DNA from: an uncultured Acidimicrobiaceae bacterium
Lineage (GTDB): Bacteria; Actinomycetota; Acidimicrobiia; Spongiisociales; ZC4RG35
DNA length: 64,000 nt
Direction: 5' to 3'
Assembly (NCBI GenBank): GCA_964571765.1
Contig: CAZNDH010000006.1
Coordinates: forward strand, 25,387-89,386
A program made the position numbers and the translations under genes. The notes below the pieces were generated by a model. The model was not told the DNA's origin. It ran no database searches and was given only the letters and a program-made list of their open reading frames with translations. This document shows, piece after piece, positions 39,570-47,852 of this stretch. The first letter of the stretch is position 1; each line of letters begins with the position of its first letter.

Positions 39570-40532
39570 TCACATGGTACCGAGTGCAGCCAGGGCTCCA
39601 CCGATGTCCGCCGGCGAGGACACCGTGACCACGGTTGCTCCCGGTACCGTCTTGCGGGCCATTCCCGCGGTCACCTCACCCGGTCCCACGTGGGCGAACC
39701 CAGTCACTCCTGCCCCAGCCATATCCACCAGGCAGTCGGAGAAGAGCACCGGGGAGACCACCTGACGTACCAGTGTCTCGGCGATTTCGTCGGGCGCGTG
39801 TGGGCGAGCCGTGGTGTTCGACCATACCGGGAACCTGGGTTCGGAGAGGCTCACTTCGGCCAGAGCTGCTGACAAGGCCTCGGCTGCCGGCTCCATGAAC
39901 GCCGAGTGGAAGGCACCGGCCACCCGGAGCGGGATCACCCGGCGAATCCCGAGCCCTCTTCCCCTCTCGGACAGCCATCTCAGGTCGCCGATGCCACCGG
40001 ATATCACCACCTGACCAGGGGCGTTGATGTTGGCCACTCCGAGACGGCCCCCCTCCGCCCTATTGGTGGCAACCACCTCCTCAGCCTGGGTCCGGTCGAC
40101 CCCGATGAGAGCGGCCATCCCCGACTCCTCCATGTCGGCGGCGGCCGCCATGGCCGCACCCCGTCGGGCCACCACTGCCAGACCATCCTCGTAGGACATC
40201 GCCCCGGCGGCGGCCAAGGCGGTGTACTCCCCCAGGGAGTGCCCTGCCGCCGCTGCCGGGTCGGACCCCATGGCCTCCCGGAGTGTGTCCCAGAGGGCAT
40301 ACCCCAGGGCGTACATCGCCGGTTGGGCGTGCTCGGTACGGGTGAGGGCCTCCTCTGGGCCCTCGAGACACATTTGGCGCAGAGACCATCCGAGAACCGA
40401 ATCGGCCGACTCGCCCAGGAGGTCTGCCCGCACCTCGAACAGGTCGGCACCCATTCCCACCGTCTGGCTTCCCTGGCCGGGGAAGAGGATTCCGACAGTC
40501 ACCAAGGGTTTCCGACCCCCTGCAGCGCCCAT
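39570..40532 (-). CDS. fabD: [acyl-carrier-protein] S-malonyltransferase
   Basis: FPGQGSQ and GHSLGE motifs. Confidence 0.88.
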   Translation of the reverse strand: MGAAGGRKPLVTVGILFPGQGSQTVGMGADLFEVRADLLGESADSVLGWSLRQMCLEGPEEALTRTEHAQPAMYALGYALWDTLREAMGSDPAAAAGHSLGEYTALAAAGAMSYEDGLAVVARRGAAMAAAADMEESGMAALIGVDRTQAEEVVATNRAEGGRLGVANINAPGQVVISGGIGDLRWLSERGRGLGIRRVIPLRVAGAFHSAFMEPAAEALSAALAEVSLSEPRFPVWSNTTARPHAPDEIAETLVRQVVSPVLFSDCLVDMAGAGVTGFAHVGPGEVTAGMARKTVPGATVVTVSSPADIGGALAALGTM

Positions 40533-40535
40533 GGG

Positions 40536-41561
40536 TTACGACAGGGCCGCAGCCAGGCGATCAACGTCGGCGGCGTCGACATCGCGATGGGTGACCAGAC
40601 GCCAGCCTCCGCCCAAGGGCGGATTCGCCTTGATCCCGGCGGACTCGAGTCGCGAGGACATTTCGGGCCAGGCCATGCCCAGGGTGGCGAAGTCGGCCCG
40701 GACCATGTTGGTCTCGACCCCATCGAGCTCGACCGCCCCGGGAAACACGGCGTCGATCGCCTCACCTAGTTTGCGGGCGAGCACGTGGTCCTCGACCAGC
40801 CGTCCGCGCTCCTCCAAAGCCACCCGGGCTGCGGCAGCGATCACCCCCGCCTGACGCATGCCGCCACCCAACCGCTTGCGCAGGTACCTGATCTCGGCGA
40901 TGGCATCGGACGGGCCGCACACAATCGAACCGATCGGGGCACCAAGGCCCTTGGAGAAACAGAACTGAATGGTGTCGGCGGTCGCCGCCCATCGGGAAGC
41001 AGCGACGCCTGTTGCAGCCACCGCGTTGAAGATCCTCGCCCCGTCGATGTGGATCGAGAGCCCGTGCTCCTTCGCCCGCTTCGAGGTCCCTTCGATCACG
41101 TCGATCGGTATCACCCTCCCTCCGGAGAGGTTGTGGCTGTTCTCCCACACCATCAGCCCGATCCTGGGGAAGAAACCCGCCATCGCCATGGCCGCGTCCA
41201 CATCCTCGGGTGCGATCCGGCCGCCCTCGCCAGCCACCGTCCGGAACCCAACACCCGAGAGAGCCTGGGGTGCACCGCCCTCGATGGAACGCACATGACT
41301 TTCTTCATGGGCAAGCACCTCCTCACCCGGGTTGGTGTGAAACATGATGGAGAGTTGGTTGCCCATGGTCCCGGTGGGGACGAGGATCGCGGCCTCCTTA
41401 CCGGTGACCGCAGCCGCCTCCTCTTCGAGGGCATTGACCGTAGGGTCGTCGTGATAGACGTCGTCGCCGACCGGGGCATCGGCCATGGCCGCGATCATCC
41501 TCCGGGTGGGACGGGTCACCGTGTCCGACCTGAAATCGGCCGTCCCGTCAGCAAAAGCCAT
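40536..41561 (-). CDS. ltaE: low-specificity L-threonine aldolase
   Basis: PLP fold with DFRSDTVTRPT N-terminus and SKGLGAPIGS lysine region. ATG at 41561. The track ORF has an implausible 138-aa Arg-rich N-terminal extension. Confidence 0.8.
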   Translation of the reverse strand: MAFADGTADFRSDTVTRPTRRMIAAMADAPVGDDVYHDDPTVNALEEEAAAVTGKEAAILVPTGTMGNQLSIMFHTNPGEEVLAHEESHVRSIEGGAPQALSGVGFRTVAGEGGRIAPEDVDAAMAMAGFFPRIGLMVWENSHNLSGGRVIPIDVIEGTSKRAKEHGLSIHIDGARIFNAVAATGVAASRWAATADTIQFCFSKGLGAPIGSIVCGPSDAIAEIRYLRKRLGGGMRQAGVIAAAARVALEERGRLVEDHVLARKLGEAIDAVFPGAVELDGVETNMVRADFATLGMAWPEMSSRLESAGIKANPPLGGGWRLVTHRDVDAADVDRLAAALS

Positions 41562-41785
41562 GGTCGATGGTACCTCCGGAATTCGTCGGTGGGTGCTTCG
41601 CCCCCTTTGGTTACCCCTTCCGGAACACGGGCACAAGGCTGTTCCGGCCATTGTCCCCCATGGAGAGGGGCCCGTCCAGCACAGCGCCTCGACACCGGCT
41701 ACCTCGACGACGACCCGGCTTTCGCCCCCACCCTGACGCCACGACCAGGCCGCGGTACTGGTGGCCCTGCTACGAGGTCGCCGGG

Positions 41786-42214
41786 CTAACCGCTGACCCG
41801 ATCGATGACCACTCCCAGCCGACGGGGCATCAGAGCGCGAGACACCGAAACCACTTCCTTGACCAGCCCGAGAATGTCGCCGGGGCCATCCCAGTGTTCG
41901 GCGACCACATCGGGACCGGCCCTTTCGATCAGGGAGTCGATGGCAAACATCACCACCAGGACGTCGTCTGCCCATCCCAGGACCGGGACGAACTCGGGGA
42001 TCAAGTCGATGGGGCTGGCGGCATAGAGGGCAGCGATCCCCAGGGTCATCTTTGCCCGGCGGGGCACCCTCGAGTCGCGCAGGAGCCGGCCGATCAGCTT
42101 GACGATGTTGGGGAGCAGGAGGAAGACCTCAGCGAGAAGGCGACGGGGCTGCACCCGTACACCGTCGGGCCCGATCACCTCGTCGGGGATCACCCTGTGG
42201 AATCTCTCGGTCAT
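41786..42214 (-). CDS. DUF1232 (YkvA family) membrane protein
   Basis: DLIPEFVPVLGWADD motif and TM segments. Confidence 0.65.
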   Translation of the reverse strand: MTERFHRVIPDEVIGPDGVRVQPRRLLAEVFLLLPNIVKLIGRLLRDSRVPRRAKMTLGIAALYAASPIDLIPEFVPVLGWADDVLVVMFAIDSLIERAGPDVVAEHWDGPGDILGLVKEVVSVSRALMPRRLGVVIDRVSG

Positions 42215-42399
42215 TCGATGTCGATCCTCTGCCTCGCCTGGTGACCCTCATCATCGTCGGCTGGGTCCTTTATACCTCCCAACTCTTCGATCACAGCCTC
42301 CAACGCCTTGAGACTCTCGACCACCGCCAGGAGAAGGTGGTAAGTGGCCCGCCGGCCTGCACGGCCCACGGCAGCCCTGGTCGCCGACTGGTCCCTCAA
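42211..42399 (-). CDS. hypothetical 62-aa protein, coupled to both neighbours
   Basis: ORF overlaps the ArsA stop and the DUF1232 start by 4 nt each. Third-position GC is only about 72% against about 88% in neighbouring genes, so coding status is uncertain. Confidence 0.3.
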   Translation of the reverse strand: MRDQSATRAAVGRAGRRATYHLLLAVVESLKALEAVIEELGGIKDPADDDEGHQARQRIDIE

Positions 42400-43568
42400 C
42401 CGGAGCCCTCCGAGAAAGCCACGCTCAGCATGCCCTCGTCCAACCGGGCTCGGGAGATCTCCCGCCGATGGAGGGCATCGGGGAGGAGGAATGACCTGCG
42501 GTACGGCCCGGCTTGGACATAGAGCTCATTTCCCTGACGGAAGACGTCGAGCTCGGCGCGCTCGATGAAAGGGATGTCCAGCTCCATGGTGACCACACCC
42601 TCGCTCTCCACGATCCGGAAAGGGCTGCGGGCCCGGTAGTCGGCCACCGGGTCGGTGGAGCCGTACAACTCGGCGGCCATCACCCGTAGACGTTCCAGCC
42701 CCACCATCTCGTCGTCGAAGAGGCGGAGCCGGAGGCGGGGCACGTCGGCGAAGGCATCGTCCACCGCGTCGAGATGCGCCTTCTGGATGGTCCGCCACCT
42801 CTCGAAGTAGGGATCGGCCACCGACTCCGGAAGGACTCGGTTTACAACCACCCCATCGATCCCGTACCCGAACAGGCCAAGGTAAGAGTATGTGCGGCGG
42901 GCCTCGTCGATCACCATCTTCTCGGGGTTGACCACCAGCCGAGCCGAGGTGATATCGGGCTGTGACATGAGCTCTCGCACGCCTTCCACCGACTCGAAGA
43001 TGGACTGTGCGGCGTTGAAGACCTCGTCTTCGGGTAGGGGGAGATTGGTCATCCGACTGAGCAGGGGGCGGGCAGCCTTCATGATCCGCCGCTCGGTGGG
43101 GAGCACCTTCTCGAAGTACCAGGAGAGCACCTCGGGAAGAGAGAGCAGCCTCAGTGTCTCCGCAGTGGGTGCACAGTCGACCACCACCAGGTCGTACTCA
43201 CCCGACCGGGCGTGTCGGTTGACCTCGATCAGGGCGAACAACTCGTCCATGCCGGGGAAGATGAGGAACTCCTCGGCCTCGATGCCGGCAGCTCCTCCCC
43301 AGTCGAGGACGTCGATCAGCTGGCGACGTATCGACCCCCAGTAGCGCTCCAGCTGCTCCCTTGTGTCGATCTGCTGGCCGTGGAGACCGGGGGCTATCGG
43401 GGTCGGAGCAGGACCCAGGCCCACCTCCAGGGCGTCTGCCAGGGAGTGGGCTGGATCGGTTGAGGTGACCAGGACGCGACGACCGGTGTCGGCTGCGGCC
43501 AGGGCAGTGGAGGCGGCCACCGTGGTCTTGCCGACTCCCCCCTTCCCGGTGACCAGGATGATCCGCAT
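42396..43568 (-). CDS. ArsA/Get3-family ATPase with C-terminal HSP20-like domain
   Basis: Deviant Walker A GKGGVGKTT, ArsA fold and a C-terminal alpha-crystallin-like domain (known ArsA_HSP20 architecture). Confidence 0.8.
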   Translation of the reverse strand: MRIILVTGKGGVGKTTVAASTALAAADTGRRVLVTSTDPAHSLADALEVGLGPAPTPIAPGLHGQQIDTREQLERYWGSIRRQLIDVLDWGGAAGIEAEEFLIFPGMDELFALIEVNRHARSGEYDLVVVDCAPTAETLRLLSLPEVLSWYFEKVLPTERRIMKAARPLLSRMTNLPLPEDEVFNAAQSIFESVEGVRELMSQPDITSARLVVNPEKMVIDEARRTYSYLGLFGYGIDGVVVNRVLPESVADPYFERWRTIQKAHLDAVDDAFADVPRLRLRLFDDEMVGLERLRVMAAELYGSTDPVADYRARSPFRIVESEGVVTMELDIPFIERAELDVFRQGNELYVQAGPYRRSFLLPDALHRREISRARLDEGMLSVAFSEGSG

Positions 43569-43569
43569 C

Positions 43570-44007
43570 TCACCCGCCCCCGGTGACCCGTCGCCTGAGG
43601 CCTCGTAAGGCAGTGGTGACTATCTGTTTCTCCGCCTGGCGCCGGAGGAAACCCGGGATGGTGAAGTTGGGCTCGACGGTGAGGGAATAGACGACCTCGG
43701 TTGCCCCGTCCTTGGGTGTGAACACGTATGAGCCTTCGAGCATCTCCAGATCGTCACTCTCCTCGGCGGCCCAGCTCAAGATGTTGGGCCTGTCGTGGGT
43801 ATAGCGCAAGGTGTATTCGACCTCCTTGACGAACCCCTCGATGACGAACCTGGCACGCACCACGTCGCCCGACCCGTCAACCTCGAGGACCTCCACCTCC
43901 TTGACCCCTGTGGCCCACTGCGGATAGGAGTCGATGTCGGCCACCACGTCGTACAACGCCTCAGGGGTGGCGTCGATCTCGAGCTGTGAAAAGGTTCCTT
44001 GGGTCAT
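43570..44007 (-). CDS. SRPBCC family protein (polyketide cyclase/dehydrase-like ligand-binding fold)
   Basis: About 145-aa SRPBCC-like sequence starting MTQGTFSQ. Its stop is 2 nt from the ArsA start. Confidence 0.6.
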   Translation of the reverse strand: MTQGTFSQLEIDATPEALYDVVADIDSYPQWATGVKEVEVLEVDGSGDVVRARFVIEGFVKEVEYTLRYTHDRPNILSWAAEESDDLEMLEGSYVFTPKDGATEVVYSLTVEPNFTIPGFLRRQAEKQIVTTALRGLRRRVTGGG

Positions 44008-44035
44008 CGGCCCTGCTTGAAGACGAGCCCCGAGA

Positions 44036-44821
44036 TTACCCAACCCGACCCGCTTGGACCCCATCGGGGGACACCCTGAGGAATCGCCCCGTGGCCCGAA
44101 AGTAGCCTACGTTGTGACACCGGGTCCGGCCCAGCCTCCAGGTGGTGGCCTGCGCCTGGTGAACATCCCCGTAGAGATGCCAGCGAGGCTGATGTCGTCT
44201 CAGATACTCGAGGATCGGCCCCGAGGCGCGCTCCTCCCGACCGGTGACCACGTCGAGTCGGAGCGGACGCACCGCCGGAGGGACATGGGTACACAAGATG
44301 TCGACCGGGCCGATCTCCTCGAGGAGCGAAGTCATCGCCTCGTCGGACACCTCCCCTTCGGCTTGTAGCGGCGTGGACACCCCGCCTCCCACCAGTCCCA
44401 GCCTCAGCCCATCCAAGTCCACTACCTCGCCGTGCACATAGCGGAACCCCGGAGGCAGCGCCTCGACCAGGGTCGATGGACGATCGACGTTTCCGTGGAT
44501 CACCAGACCTCGGCCACCCTGCAACGCCTCGGTCATCGCCCGGTACTGGGCGTCGAGGGCCGCGGCGATCTCCCGCCGCGCCTCGGGGCGCCGGTCACCG
44601 ACGACGCGGAAAGCGGCGCGCATCCCGGCGTAGTCGCCCTTTCCCCGGGCCCGAGCACTCTCACGGGACAGGTCGAGACCCAGAACCTCGGCAACCGCAC
44701 CCTCGCCGGTCCGGTAGTCGGTGAGGTTCACCAGGTCGCCGAGGATGACTAGGGGCTCGCCCAATCCCACCACTCGCGCCAGGGCATCCGGGGCATCGTG
44801 CACATCGGAGACGAACAGCAT
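44036..44821 (-). CDS. metallophosphoesterase
   Basis: MLFVSDVHDA, GDLVN and GNVD motifs of calcineurin-like phosphoesterases. Start at the internal ATG 44821. Confidence 0.7.
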   Translation of the reverse strand: MLFVSDVHDAPDALARVVGLGEPLVILGDLVNLTDYRTGEGAVAEVLGLDLSRESARARGKGDYAGMRAAFRVVGDRRPEARREIAAALDAQYRAMTEALQGGRGLVIHGNVDRPSTLVEALPPGFRYVHGEVVDLDGLRLGLVGGGVSTPLQAEGEVSDEAMTSLLEEIGPVDILCTHVPPAVRPLRLDVVTGREERASGPILEYLRRHQPRWHLYGDVHQAQATTWRLGRTRCHNVGYFRATGRFLRVSPDGVQAGRVG

Positions 44822-45108
44822 CAAGGGGCGTCGTCCCGTGGAACATCGCTCCGGGTGGTGTACCACACCCATGCCGATCCCATGGCGGCGCCCAACAGGG
44901 CCAGGATCAGGGCGACCGGCCATGACAGGTCCAGGGGCGAATACTCGGCGGCGATTCCACCCATGGCAAACCCAAGGACACCGCCCAGCGGGAGCCGCAG
45001 CCGGTGAAACCATCCTCCGTCATCCCGCGACCTCACCGAGCGGGTGAGGATCACCCCGATCAAGACCACCACCCCGGCGCAGAGCGCCACCACATACAGC
45101 TTGAGCAC
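44821..45108 (-). CDS. hypothetical small membrane protein
   Basis: 95 aa with two hydrophobic segments. Its stop overlaps the metallophosphoesterase start. Confidence 0.35.
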   Translation of the reverse strand: MLKLYVVALCAGVVVLIGVILTRSVRSRDDGGWFHRLRLPLGGVLGFAMGGIAAEYSPLDLSWPVALILALLGAAMGSAWVWYTTRSDVPRDDAP

Positions 45109-45160
45109 CGCGCCAGGCTATCTCCCCATGGGTTGCGTGGGGGGCTTGGGCTACCTGGTT

Positions 45161-45349
45161 TCAGGACACCCGGCGTTCGGTGGGCACCAGCCGCAGCCGG
45201 GGCACTAGGCCCTCTGCGGCCAGGTTGCCCACCGCGGTCACCTGGTCGTCGCTCAGATCGACTGGTTTGTCGCCTAGGAGCACCGTGACCACACAATCGT
45301 CACAGGCGCTGGTGTCGCGCATCGCACATTGCTCACAATCGATCAGCAT
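45161..45349 (-). CDS. hypothetical small CxxC...CxxC (zinc-ribbon-like) protein
   Basis: 62 aa with CEQC...CDDC. Third-position GC is about 76%. It lies just downstream of the opu terminator hairpin. Confidence 0.3.
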   Translation of the reverse strand: MLIDCEQCAMRDTSACDDCVVTVLLGDKPVDLSDDQVTAVGNLAAEGLVPRLRLVPTERRVS

Positions 45350-45385
45350 GTCGACCTCCTCCAGCCAAGATACGACCGGGGTGGG

Positions 45386-45424
45386 ACAGAAAGTGAGGTG
45401 CCCGACCCTCCGGGGGCGGGCACC
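45386..45424 (-). terminator. probable intrinsic terminator of the opu operon
   Basis: Perfect 8-bp GC-rich inverted repeat (GGTGCCCG...CGGGCACC). On the minus strand it is followed by the U-containing tract UCACUUUCUGU, about 30 nt downstream of the substrate-binding-protein stop. Confidence 0.45.
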
Positions 45425-45452
45425 TCGGCTGCGAATCGAGGAGCTTCTCCGG

Positions 45453-46367
45453 TCAGAACCCGTTCTGAGCCAGCCAGTCGGCGGCGATGTCGTCGGCGTC
45501 CTCGTTGTCTATGTCGTATCTCTTGTTCATCGCGGTGAGGTCGGCGGTGGTCAGCTTGGAACTCACTTCGTTGAGGACTTCGGTGATCTCACTGCCGTAG
45601 GCATCTCGAAGCTCGAGGGTCAACACCGGCACAACGTTGTCGGCAGCCAGCATGTTGCGATCGTCTTCGAGGAGGACAAAGCCCCGCTCGGCGATGACAC
45701 CGCTGGTGGAGAAGAGGATGGCCACGTCGATCTCGCCCCTCTCCAACGCCTGAACCGTGATCTGCCCACCGTCGAGAGGCTGGAAGTTGGCGCTCATGTC
45801 CAACCCGTATTCTCGGAGAAGTCCGGGGATGCAGAACGGGTTGGTCTCGCAGTCAGGGGGGCCGCCCAGGACCAGATCGGCTCCCTGGGAGGCAAGGTCG
45901 CTCAATGTGACGAGGCCAAGGCTGGTGGCGGTCTCGGCTGTAACCACGAAGGCGTTGGTATCGACAGCATCCGAAGGCTCCAGGGCGACCAGCCCGATAT
46001 CTGCCAGCCAGTCGTTGAGCCTGCTGGTTGTGGCCACGGCATCGCCCGTGGCCTCGCCGGCACGACCGTTCAGTGCTTCCAGCATCGAGGCGGCATACTC
46101 CGGCGCCAGGTTGATGTCGCCGGCCTCGAAGGCCGCCAGCTCGAGGTCGCGGAATCCTCCAACCCTCTGGACGCTGGCGGTGATGCCCTTGGCCTCGAGG
46201 GCTCCCTTGTAGATCTCGGCGAGGATCTCGCTCTCCCCGAAGTCCTGGGCGGCAACGACCACTGCCGGGCCCTCCGGTACGCCACCACCCGAGTTTCCAC
46301 AGGCAGCCGCCAGCATGGCGAGTGCCAGGAAACCCGCCCCGATGACGCGGTTGCGGCTGGTCCGCAT
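45453..46367 (-). CDS. glycine betaine/choline (osmoprotectant) ABC transporter substrate-binding lipoprotein
   Basis: Lipobox LAAC followed by an OpuAC-family domain (AAQDFGESEILAEIY...). Confidence 0.8.
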   Translation of the reverse strand: MRTSRNRVIGAGFLALAMLAAACGNSGGGVPEGPAVVVAAQDFGESEILAEIYKGALEAKGITASVQRVGGFRDLELAAFEAGDINLAPEYAASMLEALNGRAGEATGDAVATTSRLNDWLADIGLVALEPSDAVDTNAFVVTAETATSLGLVTLSDLASQGADLVLGGPPDCETNPFCIPGLLREYGLDMSANFQPLDGGQITVQALERGEIDVAILFSTSGVIAERGFVLLEDDRNMLAADNVVPVLTLELRDAYGSEITEVLNEVSSKLTTADLTAMNKRYDIDNEDADDIAADWLAQNGF

Positions 46368-46458
46368 GGGTTTCTCCTTCCGTTAACGCGTAGACCGCCC
46401 ATCTCGGGCGGTCGTAGGGCAAACCTTGACCGCATCGGCCGAATTCCGGATTCCTCGC

Positions 46459-47187
46459 TCAGCGGGGGGTGACGTCCAGAGCGGCCGTCGCCCTGTTGGG
46501 CCGGCGGCGCCGGGTGCGGTCCAACCGTCTCTCAACCCACCCCAAACCGGCTTCGGTGAGGACTGCGAGGACAGCAACTACCAACCCGCCCACGAAGACC
46601 AGGACACTGTTTCGCTGGGCGAAGCCGACGAAGATGTAGGTCCCCAAGGTGCTGTAGCCAACCCAGGCACTCAAGGTCACCGTTGCCACCACGGCCACAG
46701 CCGCGCTCCGGATGCCCGCCATGACCAGGGGCATGGCCAGGACCAGCTCGACCCGCCCCAACACCTGGGTCCCGGTCATCCCCATGCCCCGAGCCGCCTC
46801 GACCAGCGCCGGGTCGACGCCGCGCACCCCGGTATAGGCGTTGACGAACATGGGAGGCATCGCCAGGACCACCATGGCGATGAACGTCGCCCAGTAGCCC
46901 AGCGGAGATCGAGTTGCACTGAACGCCAACGTCAACGGGAACATCACCCCCATCACCCCGAACGATGGCAGGGCCCGCCCGATGTTGACCACCGACACCG
47001 CGAGCAGGCCACCACGGCGGAGATGACCGAGGGCGATGGCCGCGGGTACCGCAAGCACCGCCGCGGCCAACAGCGACAACAGGGTGAGCCCGACATGGGC
47101 CCGCAGCAGGGTGGGCAAACCCCGATTGCCCTCCCAGTTCGCCGGATCGGTGAACCAGGCGGCCACCTCACCAAGGAACTCGGTCAC
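46459..47187 (-). CDS. osmoprotectant ABC transporter permease
   Basis: ProW/OpuB-type permease with an EAA-like loop. GTG start at 47187 overlaps the upstream permease stop as GTGA. The 557-aa track ORF is a read-through. Confidence 0.75.
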   Translation of the reverse strand: MTEFLGEVAAWFTDPANWEGNRGLPTLLRAHVGLTLLSLLAAAVLAVPAAIALGHLRRGGLLAVSVVNIGRALPSFGVMGVMFPLTLAFSATRSPLGYWATFIAMVVLAMPPMFVNAYTGVRGVDPALVEAARGMGMTGTQVLGRVELVLAMPLVMAGIRSAAVAVVATVTLSAWVGYSTLGTYIFVGFAQRNSVLVFVGGLVVAVLAVLTEAGLGWVERRLDRTRRRRPNRATAALDVTPR

Positions 47188-47852
47188 GTCACCGCCCTCC
47201 GCCTCACCCAAGGCGTGGCAAGACGCTCCAGCCCTACCAGGGCGCTGTCGACGGCCACCGCCATGATCACCGAGAGGGTCGTCCCCACCAGGGCTTCGGT
47301 GAGGAACTGGCGACCGATCCCACGCAGGATGAAGATCCCGTATCCCCCCTGGCCGACGAGTACGGTCAAGGTGACCAGGCCGATAGTGGTGACCGCGGCG
47401 ATGCGGACGCCGGCGATGATGGCCGGAACCGCCAGGGGGAGCTGCACACTGAGGAAGATCCTGCGCTCGGTCATACCCATGCCCCGCGAAGCCTCGGTGA
47501 TGTGGCCGGGTACCCCCCTGATCCCGGCGACGATGTTCCGGATGAGGATGAGCAAGGTGTAGGAGACCAGGGCCACCTGTGCGGTGAGGATGCTGGTCAG
47601 CCCAAAGACGGGTACCAGGAAGGTGAACAGCGCAATCGAGGGGATGGTGTAGAGGACACCGGTGACCCAGGTGATCGGGGCGTAGGTGCGCTCCCAGCGC
47701 AGGGCCACCAAGGAGAGCCCCAGGGAAACGACCAGGCCGACACTCACTGCAGTGGCGGCCAGGGCGAAGTGCTCCACGGTGGCCTCCCAGATGTCGTCGA
47801 GGTTCCGCCGGATCCACCCCCAGTCGATCACGGCATCCTGACCCATGATCAC
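47184..47852 (-). CDS. osmoprotectant ABC transporter permease
   Basis: Second permease of the system: six TM segments and the EASRGMGMTERR EAA motif. Confidence 0.8.
   Translation of the reverse strand: MIMGQDAVIDWGWIRRNLDDIWEATVEHFALAATAVSVGLVVSLGLSLVALRWERTYAPITWVTGVLYTIPSIALFTFLVPVFGLTSILTAQVALVSYTLLILIRNIVAGIRGVPGHITEASRGMGMTERRIFLSVQLPLAVPAIIAGVRIAAVTTIGLVTLTVLVGQGGYGIFILRGIGRQFLTEALVGTTLSVIMAVAVDSALVGLERLATPWVRRRAVT

Noticed and set aside
41562-41785. Possible glycine riboswitch upstream of the threonine aldolase gene
   Set aside because: A CCGGAAGGGGUAA stretch resembles the glycine-aptamer ACCGAAGGGGCAA box. The GGAGAG/CUCUC P1 elements are missing in the correct orientation, so there is not enough evidence.
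40536-41975. 138-aa Arg-rich N-terminal extension of the threonine aldolase ORF, and similar extensions on the DksA-like, SepF, DivIVA, MraZ, nitroreductase and DUF4440 ORFs
   Set aside because: The extensions are low-complexity. The conserved family N-termini start at internal ATG or GTG codons. In the DksA case the extension would overlap the ileS leader.
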